A DNA stretch of 64,000 bases, taken from Tubiluchus corallicola. Taxonomy: Eukaryota > Animalia > Priapulida. Location: contig JAQGDQ010000237.1 in the NCBI GenBank assembly GCA_030141605.1, forward strand, positions 162,197 to 226,196, in the 5' to 3' direction. Both the position numbers and the translations under genes were made by a program. The notes beneath the pieces were generated by a model. That model did not search any database. It was given only the letters and a program-made list of their open reading frames with translations, and was not told the origin of the DNA. Below are positions 25,359-38,709 of the stretch, one piece after another; within the stretch, counting starts at the first letter, position 1; every line of letters starts with the position of its first letter.

Positions 25359-28300
25359 CTCTCTCCCCCTCGGCATGTGCATTTTTTGCAATAATGGCGA
25401 TTATATTGACTGTAGTGGAAAAAATTCATAGTGCACTCTATAGAGCCAATAGAATAGCCGCTTTAAGTAGGTCAAGGTGTTATGTGCACTCCAGTGCTCA
25501 GTTATATTAGGCCCAGAAACGCGAGTGGGTCAATCTTTCGTCAGTCAGATATTCATAAATTAAACACAAACGATTCAAAACAAATATTGATATACTGGGT
25601 GCAATTGATAAAAATGATTTTCATCGTGGTGCTGTGCACGTACCATTTTGCCAAATCCCTTTCTGTCGTTCAACTATTAGAAAAAATCTCGCTAATAATT
25701 TGCACAAAGCCTAACATTTTAGCACTGAGGATTTCTATGTTTCGAGGTGGCTAAATATGAGCATTACATGTATTATTATTAATTTACGGCATTTTTATTT
25801 AGTTTAGCTTCACGTGTTTTATTATTATTAAAAGATCACCGTTTTGAACTGAAACACTTAGCTGCTTTTCTTGCTACAACCAATCAGCATCCAGCAAATT
25901 GCGACACCCCCACCCCCCGCCGAAAGCCAAACTACTATTTTGCTCCACTCAGTAAGCTGTCTAAACTGGAACACCATCTCCAAATGAAAACTGTGTCATT
26001 CCTGTTAATTGGCATTTAGCTAATTTACTTTCATCAAGATTTAAAGTCATCTGCATAGGGCAAGGCGTATGAAAGCAGGCCTAACAGAAATACGCAGGCT
26101 GCATACAATAATATGTACTGTTTAGTGTAGTATAGGATTACACTGAGATGCAAATGTACGTAATTCATTGCTAGTTTACCTTTGAAAACGGTAGTGATGT
26201 AACTTTTGTAATGTGTTCTGCAAAACTAGTTTACCTACATTTGATTCAAGCCACATCGACAGCTCCTATTGGTAATCTCAGTGTTCTTTAGTTTTGCAGA
26301 ACACATTAAAAAGTGTTTATAGTGAGACATATTCAAAAGTTTTAAGCTCATCACGGAAAAGCTCATGCTGCCCGTGAAAAAAGTTTCTGGAAAAAAATAT
26401 ATTGCTGAAACGAATTTCTGAAAATCTGTGAAAAAATTAGATGAAAGGCTCCTCGTCATGGGGATTGAATTTTCTCTAAATTTTTAAGAGTTTTTTATCC
26501 GTGAAAACTTCCTTGAAAACACCTTTTAGAAAGATAACCGAAAGATTGTTTTTGCAGCTTCTTAAGTGGTTAACAAAATTACAATTCCTTTTATTGCGTT
26601 TCATTAGTGAAAAACGAGAATTTGTGAGGCTGCAGTGCAATTCGTAGAAAAACATTGTTAAAGGAAAGAACAGTGCGCTTAGTATGTTGGGTTCATTTTA
26701 CTGTTATCACTTAAACTGTTTGTGGTGTGCTAAAGGAAAGAACAAGTCACTTAGTATGTTGGGTGTATTTTACTGATATCACTTAAACTCAGAAAAATAT
26801 AGCAAAGAAATGTGCAAAGAACTGTCGCACATTTCATTCGCGATTGTTAATTTAAGCTACTATAACAATAATTTAATATCTGCTGCATCAATTTAAAATA
26901 TACGACCTCTGAATAGAAATTTTCAGGCTTGGTGGCCGCCATTCACTTGAAAATCATGACGTAATTGGGAGACTTCGTGATTTTTCGTAAGCGCGTCGTG
27001 GCTTTCCGTAAGTACGCGCTGCGTAAACTAATTCAAACTTGTGCAGCTTACCCAATGTTCACGCAAAAATGTTAAAAAATTAGCTTTTTGATTTTTTTTG
27101 GTTAAAACCTATTATACATTTGTTGAAGATTTACGGTGCGTTACTTTTCTTCAAGACGCAAGACGTCATTGGAAGAAGAATGAGGATTGAAAATGGGAGC
27201 GTCCAAGCGTGAAGTGATCGTGATTTTAAAGTGATTTTAGTAGATACACGAGGCGCTTATTACAGTTTTATTACTAAATCCTCCTAACATTTTTTCCGAA
27301 CACTGACGTAAGCCTAACCCCCTAGAAGGCTTGACGTTTCCTTTAATGTAAGCACCACTTCAATCATTTTAAATACATAACTATTAAACAGGTGTGTAAA
27401 GCGATACCTAAATCTGTAACTTTATTCATTCTCAGGTGTTGTTTAACAATGCCGTCAGGGCAGCCAGCACTGTCACATTTGATAGCAGGGTTTTCGAAAT
27501 CATCAACATCAACCCAAAGATGGATCACTCCACTGATTACCTGGAATTCATCAAAAAGTTTTTCGAAAACCCCACTCCAGAATTCTCTCTACCCGGCAAG
27601 GCTGTGGGAGCATTTATGGTAGATCAGGGGGCCAAGTTTGAGTTTGTCTTAATGTGGCAGTACGGTAGGTATGACATATCAAAAATTCGTAATATAGCTA
27701 CTGATAACGTATTGAGTGTGTTTACTAGTAGACATGTTTGAACTGCATAATTATACGCAATATCATTCATTTAAATTTTCACCTTCAGCCAATATTTACA
27801 AGAACTATTGTTCAGAAGCTTTAACATATTGTTACGGAGGCACCAGTGTCGAGTCAGGTGTAGGGCCCTCTACACGCCCTGCTTCCACGTCAGCAGCGAC
27901 TCACCCCTTTCTTGTAGGTCCAGACGTCTTGTTTGGGCCTACACGTGGTGTGAGAAGCCAGCTGACCTGGAATGCCAGTATAAAAGCGCGTAGAGGTCAC
28001 TACAGCCTGGACTTCTGACACAGGTGCTCCTCGGGTGTAGTGCTGTTACTAGTGTAGAGTTAGTTAGTTATTTTTGTGCACATGTATTTTTGGTTCCTTA
28101 ATTTTAGTAGAGCTGTTAATAAACTCCATACTGTGTAGTTTTTGTGTATTTTGTTTTATGAGAGTTGGATGACACGCTATAACAGGTGTAAGGTAATAAT
28201 TTGCAGACATTAATTTAGCTAATTAACATTAACATTTGTAATTAATTATTGGTTGCACAACGATTATAAATGGATCTTCATGATGCGAAATATCAGGACC

Positions 28301-31300
28301 GCCATGCCATCTTGGAGTTCGACCCCCTGGGTCGAATTCAGTCCAATATCATTTTGGAGGATTGAACAAGTCACATTGTTTATCGGACCACTTTCAAGGC
28401 CCCTCTGCCTTAAGTATTCTCAATGAATGGCATCCACCCTATAAATTTCCTGACTTTAACCCTCCGTGTTTGCGAGTTAAAATGAATTAAAAATTGGAAA
28501 ACTAGATGCCTAATTTGACGAAATTCCTGAAAAATCAAAGTCACCATTCTCCTAGATTCGCGGCTCAGGCGTTGGCGGATAAAAATGTAAAGCAAAAAAA
28601 TTTGTAATAAAAGTGTCCCTGGATTTAAAATAAATCCTTTTGCACTACCAATGGGGATTCATCTGTAGTACTTACTTAAAAGAAAGAACAAGTCACTCAG
28701 TATAATGGGTTTATTTTGCTGTCATCACTTAAGCTTAGAAAAATATAACAAAGACGTTTGCAAAAAATGCCTATGAAGCAAAAATTTAAAATATACTTAC
28801 CTCTGAATAGAATTTTCGGGCGTTGTGGTTGCCGCTATTCACTTGAAAATCACGACGTAACCGGGAGATTTCATGACTTTTGGTAAGCGTATCGTGGCTT
28901 TCCGTAATCGCGATACTTAAACTAATTCAAATTTCTGCAGCTTACCTAATGTTCACGCAAAATGTTACAAAATTAGCCATCTAATTTTTTGTAATAATTT
29001 GTTACACTTTTAACGAAGATTGACAGTGCACTACTTTTCTTCAAAACGAATGACGTCATTGGAAGAAGGAGCTTTGAAAATGGGGAGCGCCAAAGCGTGA
29101 CGTGATCGCTACTTTAAAGTGATTTTACTATTTAAACGAGACGCTTATTACAATTTTATGACGAAATCATTGTAACATTTTTTGCGAACATTGAAATAAG
29201 CCTAACTTCCCAGAAGGCTTGATCTTTCCTTTAAGCAAGTAACACAGTAAACTAGTCAGAGACCAGACCGACAATTGTAGTTTTAGCTTAGTAACTCATA
29301 ACGACTGGTAATTTTGTTTATACAGAGAATCACAAGCAGAGAAGTGACTATATTGAGGGACTGTTGAACAATCCTGTCTATCCTTTCTTGGTATCGAAAG
29401 TTGGCAGAATGATTCATAATCAGAAATCCAGGACGGTGCGTTTACTGCCTGGGACAGAGTTTACACCGCCCTCTAAGCCATGTGAGTAAAATAATGATCT
29501 CATTGTACTGTTGTGCTTGTGGAATAATTTGTATTCTGCTACAAATGTCGTCTCATTGTAGCAGAAATTGACATTGTCGCTTTTTTGCTTTTTACAAATC
29601 GTAATTGTATCCCTAAAGCTTGGTCGTGTTTCTTCGCAGGAGCCTAACATTTTGCATGAAGATACAACAGACCACATTGTGCAGAAACGTAATAAAGCCA
29701 GTTTTTTATTTTCGCAATGCGGTCCTCATATATGCTCATTAAATGGATCTTACTTTTTTACATTGTTTTCTTATTTTCATTGTCAATGTACGACTCCATG
29801 TCCGCGTAATGCGTGGTGCGTAATGCATGGTGCATATACAACAGCTTATATTTAAACACGTGGAAGTGTTTCCATGTGTACGCAATGCGTAATGCGTGAT
29901 ACGCGTTCACTCGCACCTGATGGCTATCGTCTGAATACGTGGAGTCGTAATGCATAAATGGATCTGCCCCAACAATGCGTATTCTGTTTTTTACGAAAAA
30001 AGTCATCATGACAACGGTAAACGTTTTCCATGTGATAAAGCATTAACTTTACAAAAAGGAGCCAATATGATGTGCTAAATCCATTTTCTTTGATGCCTTC
30101 CATTCCAGTTGTACCTCTAATGCATATAATAGACACATACAAATCCACTAACGCCAAATTTATCTATTTGCAGCCATGTATGAGATCATCAACTACAGTT
30201 GGAGGAATATGGACCCTGAAGTGATGATTCCAGCTATTATGGTTTGTTCTTAACAGATAAACTAAAATGATATTGCCATTTTTGTATTCCCGCCTTCTCT
30301 CAATAAAGTAGTTTTGCAGTCTCTACATTTGCACGCAAGAAAGTTTTTTGCGACGTTAATTGCATCATACACCGTTATCGCAGCCGTAATCAGTAATTAT
30401 ACTCGTTAAACAGTACAGTGAAACCAGCAAATCACACAGTTAAATAATTGGTTGAAGGTTAGTTAATATAATTATTTAATTCGTTAGATTCATATTAGCT
30501 TACTGCTGATCGGGTATAGGGAGCCAAGTAGGACTGCGTAGTACTAAGATGAAACGCCAGGCCTCTGCTATGTTCCGACTGGTAGAGAGCGCCACCTGTA
30601 ATCGCGAGGTTCTGGTTGGTTCATTCGCCTTCAATTAATTAGCTATTACGTTTTTTATGGCTTACAAATAAAGTATAAAAAAGTTTGGTATTAATTTTGC
30701 CTTTACACAAATTGAAAATTTATTGCAAAGTTTTATGTTTGCACAAAAAGGCCTAAAAGAGCATGACAGAAAAGAACAGGTAGGTTAGGTCTAAATTTGT
30801 AGCTTAAAAGTTACTAAAAATTGCCGAAATTGACAACTAATGTGGGATATAATTTTTTTCAGAAAGGAAAGCAAGTGTGGGAAGCCAAAATGAAGGAATT
30901 TGATAGTGGTGTTGTCGGAGCCTTTGTCAGTGAATTTGGTTCTCAGGGAGAATGTACGTTCATTAAATATAATTAATAAAAATCAAGTACTGTAGTATTT
31001 ATGCAAAATTTGGACATGACATGAGTGTATTTGAAGATGTCCACTGGGGGAGCAGCATTGCTGTGATTATTCAGTGAAATGTTTTTCATTGGTACTGTAT
31101 AAAATACTTTTAACTTAAGTAGTATGGCTCTGCAGTTTATAGCCCTCGATTTCATTAATGTTGCTGTGCAACTTCTGGTTCAAGTAGCTTGGACGTGTAT
31201 AGTTCAGTCGAGCGGGCTCTAACCCAAATAACTTTAGCTTCAATAGTGTGGTTCTCAAGCTCTGCCTCTGGTTCAAAAAGTTTTAACGTATAGTTCCCCA

Positions 31301-32661
31301 ATTCTTGATTGAAATTGAGTAGTATGGTTCTGTAGCTGTCATGCTAAAAGACTTTAATGTCAGTAACACAAACGGGCAACAATTCACAGATAATTTTAGT
31401 AGTATTGTTTCTGTAGCACCTACTCCCCATACTTCAATGTCAGTAGTATAGCTGAGTAGCTTCTGGACCAAATAATGCTAATTTAAAAAATATGGTTCTC
31501 CAGTTTCTGGCTTAAGTGACCAAAACTCACTATTATTGGTTCTGCAGCTTCTGGCTTTAGATTTCAAATTTAGTAGTATGTCAAAGCCGGTTCTGGTCGA
31601 AATGACTTCAGTTGTGTAACTTCAGACTCAAACGGCTCAATTTGAGTAATTTTGTAACACAGTTTCTGGCATAAATGTTCTCACATTCATAGTAAACTAT
31701 TATGTAGCTTCTGGCACTTCACATTCAGTAGTATGTTTATGTAGCTTGTGCCTCAGAAGGCAGGAACGTTAGTAGTATAGTTCTGTAGGTAGATCTGAAC
31801 TAAAATAAACCAATTTTTCTACCAGCAGTATTGGTTACCGTGCTGATAGTCCATTCGCTATGATCTTTCAGTGTTTTAGTAATATTTATCGTGAACAAAA
31901 TTCGTTTATTGCAATATGTGGTTGAGGTTCATTTACAAGTCATTTTTGGCTTGCCAATGTACAATGTTGGACAAAGTTTGGCTGCAGTGGAAACGTTTGC
32001 TTAAATTGAGCGCAAACGTTATATTACTGGCCTTAATTTCTATTTCTAATTGGGATTGCATAAGTGCTGCAGTCCATCGAGGTGTGACCAAGCCCTTACT
32101 TGTACTAAAACCATCTGCAAGTTAAGATTTTCCGATTTGCTACATAAGATACGATGCAAATTATGAAGATAAAAATTTTAAGTAGATTAAAAATCGGATG
32201 TATGATTTTTTTTACTTTTAGTGATGATGCTTGCCCATTATCCAGACTTTGATGCCCGAATGAAAGGTATGGAAGCCGAATTAGCTGATAAGGAACTCAT
32301 GAAAGTATATGGTAAGTAAATGGGTCTGTGCTGTAATGTTTTTTGTTCTCGTCAGTAGATGGCGCCACGGTTTTCGCCTATTATACATTTAGGAAAAAAA
32401 TGTTCAGCTGAGTTTTGAACAATATACCACATCATCAGCAGGCCACATGAATGTGATTACGGACTGTAGACACTGCAAGAAAGGTTACTGTGTACTCGAA
32501 TTCGCCTAATATGCTTAATCAGCTGTAACAAACTTGCCATTTTACTTGAAATTTTATGTATTTCAGTTGACGAATTTCAACCAAATATCAGAGGAATGGC
32601 TAACATCGGACTGAGACCCATAAAGAGGGAGTTGTGTGGTATTGACACTATTCTGAAGTAA
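24622..32661 (+). CDS. Divergent NIPSNAP-family protein, paralog A (256 aa); exons 24622-24663, 27436-27664, 29326-29481, 30174-30241, 30863-30953, 32222-32311, 32567-32661
   Basis: All introns GT-AG and phase-consistent. Two similar halves: VFEI...AVGAFMVDQG...LMWQY...R and MYEI...VVGAFVSEFG...LAHYPDFDAR, resembling NIPSNAP domains. Basic, acid-free N-terminus like a mitochondrial presequence. Confidence 0.82.
25161..25365. repeat. (CT)n microsatellite
   Basis: Visible. Confidence 0.97.
26662..27342 (+). mobile_element. Kolobok-like non-autonomous element, family B, copy 1 (duplicated left end)
   Basis: TTAA|AGGAAAGAAC ... TTTCCT|TTAA; homologous to 28680-29230 and 33571-36799. Confidence 0.75.
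27830..28184 (+). mobile_element. Probable solo LTR
   Basis: TGTTA...TAACA termini, GC-richer interior, TATAAAA (~27979) and AATAAA (~28118). No matching TSD. Confidence 0.55.
28680..29230 (+). mobile_element. Kolobok-like family B, copy 2
   Basis: TTAA|AAGAAAGAACAAG ... CTTGATCTTTCCT|TTAA; colinear with copy 1. Confidence 0.75.
31115..31790. repeat. Highly degenerate ~45-bp tandem repeat
   Basis: Recurring AGTAGTATGGTTCTGTAGCTTCTGG-like core, more than 12 times. Confidence 0.6.
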
Positions 32662-34307
32662 AAAACTTAGTCGAAAGAACAGCAGTGATTAGAATTCATC
32701 ACGAAAGTTGCCAGCATTTAAAAAAATATAGATTTTTATAGATACTTTTGCAAACAGTAGCACATGCAAATTTTTGTAATACTAAGTAAAATTTCCAACA
32801 TGGTATGACAGCAGTCATACTCTTTAAAATCCTGTAGGCCTATTATGCAATCCATTATATGTATTATTTCTTTTTATTAGTATAAATTTGTTATTAGTAG
32901 TACCAAAAACAAATTACAGTACTTGTGCTATGAACTCTCAGGTTCCCTTTTTCCATAAATGTTATAATTACGCTTATGCTGTAGATTATAGATATCACTG
33001 TACATTGGAAATATTGTGTTAGATGGTGATAATGATGTAATTATTTCTGGATGAATTTTACCAGTGTCAGACTGTAAGGTATCTACTACGACAGGCCTAT
33101 TAGCAGCAGAGCGATAGAAAGTTAGCCTATTTTTATCAGCTATCTTATAGTAACTCATGTGAAATGCATACACAATACATACACCTATTACTGATTATAT
33201 ATGTATAAGCAAACAAGTATGAAGGGATGTCTACTAGAGAGTATTGTTGATATTAGTAAACAGGCCAACTTGAATTTAGATTAGTGTTATTGTTAGTATT
33301 ATTATTAGATACAAAACTTTATCTAGATAAAGTTTGTGAGGCTGTTACTGTATAGTATAATAATTTGAGTTTAAATGTGAATGTTATGCAGCTTATACGA
33401 TATATTATGCAGACAAATCAGTCTAGACAAGCAAGAGTAGATTTTTAGTGCTAGATATGTAAAATTAGTAAAAGTACACATGTAGTAAAAAAATAAACGT
33501 ATTAATTTTCAGAAAAATGTTGACTGCTGTTTGATACTAATTACAAGATGAGTCAGTTATGCATTGTTAAATAAAAGGTCAAGTTTTATGGAAAGTTAAG
33601 CTTATTTCAATGTTCGTGAAAAATGTTAGAAGGATTTAGTAATGAAACGGCAATAAGCGCCTCGTGTAATTAGTAAAATCACTTTAAAGCCGCGATCACT
33701 TCATTCTTGGGCGCCCCCATTTTCAATGCCCATCCTACTTCCAATGACGTCATTTGTCTTGAAGAAAAGTAGCGCACTGTCAGTCTTCAACAAAAGTAGT
33801 AAAAATGATTATGCTTGATTTATTGATGACACGTGCCTTTTGGGGTCCGACCTTTCGGGCAGCTAATGGTCAATAAACGATCTAGTTCTCTACAAAAAGA
33901 CGGTTAATGAAGGCCTTTTGCAGGCATTTGGCGTGGGAAATGATTTTTTCACGGTTCTCTCCAACGCTGCTTAACATGGGAATGTTTTTATAAACACGTT
34001 CCAGGCGCCCAGTACCGTTCTGTTAATGGGGCGGTTTTAGTCAATATAGGAATGTTTATACTTATTTTAGTCAATATTGCAACGTTGATGAGTATTAATG
34101 AGTAGCTATCCGTCTTTAAACGGAGTCAATTTTCCTATACACACACGGTCCGACCTCTCTGGGCAAGTCTTTGCGTGTGTGGCAGTCCGGCTTGTTAGGT
34201 TGATTTTTTGTGACTCTCTCTGTGTCTTATAATTCTTTTGTGGGTGCTTGCTTTAATTGTTGGTGTTGTCTTTCTTAATTTATATCCGTGGAACTAATTT
34301 TAAAAAA

Positions 34308-35400
34308 ATGCCCGCTTCAATTCACTTCAATCAGCACGTATATGTTTTGGGTGTAAGAGTTCCCGATGGGGTGACTGTTACAGTCGAAGGAGTTGAAATT
34401 TCGGCTGATGTGGAACGTAGACTGAGCCGTGGAAATATATATTTCCCTTGGGAGTATTGTATCCTATACGGGAAATCTGTCGTTGACGGGGTAAAATATT
34501 AGTTCTTTTACTTAATTTCTTGTGATAATCACAATAAAAATAGGTCGCTATATTGGTTACTTTTAGGCTAAAATCGAACTAATTAATTTACAAAAGTAAA
34601 AGGGTTTGCTTTGAAAAGTAAGAGATTGTTAGTGAGGGCTCACATTATTTTATAGGAAGAGATCGTCATAGTCAAAGTGAATCAGATGGGCGCCCTGCCA
34701 GTAATGGCAAAAATCTTAGAACATATTGCCCCAGGGAGAGTATATCTCCTGAATTGGGAACAGTACTGCATTGCCTGTGAACTATGGCAAATCCCGGAAC
34801 TCTTTTACCTAGCAGAACTGATGAAAAGACTAGGCCGGTCATGGTATGAGGGGACTGAAGTACTGTGGCTGGCATACCAACCACGCCTTACCAGAACTGG
34901 AAGACATGTACTAGTGCAAAAAAATGGTAAGTCAAGCACATATACTATTAGAAGAATTTCATTAGTTATTTGCAATAATAATTGTGTAAGTATACGTAGA
35001 ATATTGGCTCCTTTGAAGTAGGTATTCGTTCAAATCTATATGCAATTATTCAGCTGTCAAACGGCGCGTTTTTTTCTTATACTTCCTACAAAAAAATTTA
35101 ATGTTCTCTACATTTTCTAAATGCATATATGCTCTCTTGGACTTTGTATTTTTAATGATGTTTAAACTATTTTTGCGGCTCAGCTAAAATCATTTGGTAT
35201 CAGTTGATACAAGCGGAGCATTTTGAAGCTGGAATCAATCTTGTGTCCCTTGGGAATGTGTAGAGCCCGCGATATTATAATTAACAGTGTCTTAACTGGT
35301 GAAGTCTGACTGCCGTATTACTCGTTCAGGAATTACGAAAATTTTATTTATTTATTACAGGCTGGATTCACTCACTGTTGTACGAGTTTACATATGTAGG
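34308..35400 (+). CDS. Putative spliced orphan ORF inside the TIR element; exons 34308-34490 and 34656-34926, third exon at 35184 or 35361
   Basis: ATG-initiated 61-codon exon with phase-0 GT donor joins in frame, via a ttttatag acceptor, a 90-codon exon ending at G|GTAAGT. Two phase-1-compatible acceptors follow. No family recognised. Confidence 0.5.
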
Positions 35401-35749
35401 TAGGGTAGTTTTATTTCAGAATTGTGCGTCATGAATTTTCACTTTTATTTATTTTTTCTGAAATGATGATATACCATGTACATGTTATAGTAGTTAGCGT
35501 TGAGCTTTAGAAAACAGTGAGTTTTTCATTACTGCATACGGATATACTGTTGAATTTAATACAAGATAGGAATATCGTGATTGTAACACTGTCACTTAAA
35601 ACTAAATGTACTTTTAACGTAAATATTGCAATAACGTCTTGCCCATAAACAGTGCAATTTGTTAAGTAAAACATTACTTCCATACACGAAGATGCTAGTC
35701 ACTGGAAGCTCAGTGCCAAAATGTGTCAGTGAGAATAGGTGACGTAAAA

Positions 35750-36275
35750 CGGGCTAATGAACATATACAATTTTTACGCGATTTAGGCGCTCGTCTAAAG
35801 GACTCACAGGTACAACAAACACTAACCCAACAGGTACAACAGTTACCAAAATTTTCAGGAGAACCCGGCACCTAGAAATATCGAGATTGGATTGATAATA
35901 TAGAACAATCCTTACATCTAACTCCCACGCTACTAACATCAAGAGATAAACATTTGATATTGGGCACCATTACAGGGGCAGCCGCACACTTTTTGAGTAA
36001 ATATCCAAATCTTGAAACGAGAACAGCGCAAGAATTAAGGAATGCCCTAATAGACCTTTACGCAGACCGATTAATAAGGCTTTTATCGGATTAACCCGAG
36101 CGAGGCAACAAAAGGGAGAGACAATCCAAGCTTTTGGAGATCGAATAAAATGAAATTAGCGAGAATTGCTAAATCATCAGAAGATGAAATTACACAGCCG
36201 GCATTCCAATCATTCTTAGTTCAATTATTTACATTGGGTAGAGATCAGACTAGAATGGAAGTTTAGAGAGATCAG
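35750..36275 (+). pseudogene. Decayed Ty3/Gypsy-type gag (capsid) fragment
   Basis: Across stops and two frameshifts: LPKFSGEPGT*KYRDWIDNIE...LGTITGAAAHFL...ELRNALIDLY / LTRARQQKGETIQAFGDRI (major-homology-region-like). Confidence 0.7.
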
Positions 36276-38709
36276 GGGCTTGGCATTGCTATACCTTTCT
36301 TATATATTGTGATGTTGTGTAATAAAAGTGTTATGCATTAATCCAGGTCTTATAGCTTTGTCATTACCCAAACGCCCATAAACAGCTACACACATCGCCC
36401 ATATAAGTACTACCACTATACAAATCAAGCATAATCATTTTTACTAAAGTATAATAAGTTTTTACAAAAAAATTGCGCAGCTAATTTTGCAATATTTTGC
36501 GTGAACATTAGGTAAACTGCAGAAGTTTAATTTAATTTAATTTAGAAGTTAATTTAAGCAGCACGCTTACGGAAAGCCAAGATGCAGATACGAAAAGTCA
36601 CGAGGTCTCCCAGTTACATCATATTTTTCAAGTAAATGGTGGCAACTACCAAAATTCTATTCTATTTTGAAAATTTCTATTCAGCGGTAGTATACGTTAA
36701 ATTATAGGTAGTTTTGTGCAAATTTTTTTGTTATATTTTTCTACGTTTAAGTAATAATAGTAGAATAAAGGCAACATACTGAGTTACTTATTCTTTCCTT
36801 TAAGTAAGTACTACAGATGAATCCTGGCTTGCTGTGCAGAAGCGTTTATTTTAAATCCAGGAGACACTCATTACTATTTTTTTGCTTTATATTTTTATCC
36901 GCGAGCGGTAGATTTGCAGATCTAGCACAACCCTGACTTTGATTTTTCAGGAATTGCAGCATGTTAGGCATCCAGTCTTCAAATTTTTAATTCATTTCAA
37001 CTCGCAAATACGGAAGGCAAAAGTTACGAAACTTAGAGGGTAGGTACGACCATTCGTTGAGGATACTTGAGGTGGGGGGAGTTAAAAGTGGTCCGGTAAG
37101 CAGGTGGGGCGGGGGTGGGGTGTTAAAAGTGGTCCGGTAAGCAGTGAAGACACTGGACATCGATTTTGATTGCCATTCAATTCCTTTTAGGGCTTTGAGT
37201 TAACTTCAAAATTCAGGATTTAGGTATTCCCTGGGCAGAGGTCTACATGGGTTTATAAAAAGCAGGGATTATTTAAGGGTCCGAGATAAGTTCAAAACTG
37301 AGCAAACATTGAATATTTCTAAAATTCTTGTAACCAGAGTCACAAAATTTTGAAGGGTAGACGCCTGGAGTAGGGGCTCAGACAAAAGTGCGGATAAGAA
37401 TAAATAATCTAGGACTGTTTTACAGGCCCGAGACAGTAACCGAAATGTGAAAATTAGGGCAAACGACTTTGTCCTAGAAATTGTAACATTAAATAATAAA
37501 AAAACATACTACGTTGAGTCAAGAAATTTCAAATTAGTAACGAGCAACGTTTACACTGGTTAGTCACACTTCAACATAATAATCTACAAGTACTGACATG
37601 AGTTAACCATACTCGATCAGGCATAGTCAGGTGTAAACACGGTAACGGCGTTACGCTCGCGGATTTGGATCTAAAGTCATTCAATGGTGTAGCTAACAAT
37701 TATGATGAGCCCGTAGTACAGTCAGCGTCGGTTAATTCGTATCTCCAGGGACCAGCAAAGTCTCTAGCATGATTACAAATTGTGTGAAGTACGGGATTAA
37801 GCGATTATTGGTGGATAACCAAATTTATGGTCTTTTGTCGTTTGTTTATCGGAATGTTTTAGCGATACTGGTACTTGTATTGGTAGGGATAATTTACTGT
37901 TATGACATAATAATTTTTAGTTAAAACAAAACAACTTTATTAAAACTTTTAATTTACGTAGTTAAAAAATCATGTCAAACGTGTCGTCAGAACTACTGCT
38001 GTCATCAGCAGTGGCAAATTTTTACATACAACATACAACCAGTTTTGTAAAAAAAGTTTTAATAAAATTGCGGTGCTTTATAAAAAATTGATGTAATAAT
38101 TATTATAGTTTGACGCGCCAGCTTTATAAGCTACACAATTCTCACAATTCTTGGTCTGTATCTACTTCTTTTATCAAACTACTAGTTGGCTTGTTTTGGC
38201 AGAGCATTTTGCATGAATTGCACTATCTTATCCGCAATATTTATTTAATTTTTGGCCAATAGATTTTCTTGCATTTCTAAAAGTAAATAAAAGAGCAGTG
38301 GAGCGTATCGAACTCGAGCCGGGAGTTTTCATTCAATAGAGCCAAAATCTTAACTTCATAATGAAATGAACCGCCAACTGTTGAATGTCTAAAGCCAGAC
38401 ATGACCTACAGCAAGGAAATATAAAACATGTAAAAATATTTTACATCTGAAAAGGAACCAGTAACATTTGAATTCAAAGCTCATGATTGTCTATTTATAA
38501 ACCACACAGCAGCTAAGAGCTGTCATTAAGACTTGTGTTAATTCATTCACAACAGTATAAATAATTAATGAATCAATTAACTTTAATCTTAATTTAAATA
38601 TTTTTAAGTAATGAAATTATTTAATCACAATTTCGGGCCATTAACCTAGCAATAGGAATGAAGACCTTTCATAATCACAAATGATGTTGAATTCTAAGAT
38701 TATTATGTA

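Larger units (their letters stand above)
33797..36446. mobile_element. Non-autonomous TIR element (Academ-like TAG...CTA ends, 3-bp TSD) with cargo
   Basis: Perfect 25-bp TIR TAGTAAAAATGATTATGCTTGATTT (33797-33821 and 36422-36446) with AAG on both sides. Empty site seen in family B copies 1/2. Confidence 0.8.
33571..36799 (-). mobile_element. Kolobok-like family B, copy 3 (inverted), split by a 2.65-kb insertion
   Basis: 33571-33796 and 36447-36799 are reverse complements of the two parts of copies 1/2; TTAA at both outer ends. Confidence 0.75.

Noticed and set aside
25082-25431. RE/SL dipeptide ORFs
   Set aside because: (CT)n microsatellite artefact.
30565-30630. tRNA-like sequence
   Set aside because: Degenerate A/B boxes and no full cloverleaf; probably an old SINE head.
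37975-38020. Hammerhead-ribozyme-like core on minus strand (CTGATGA-CAG...CTG-ACGACAC)
   Set aside because: The required GAAA is GACA and stems I/III are not evident; at most a dead Penelope-like remnant.
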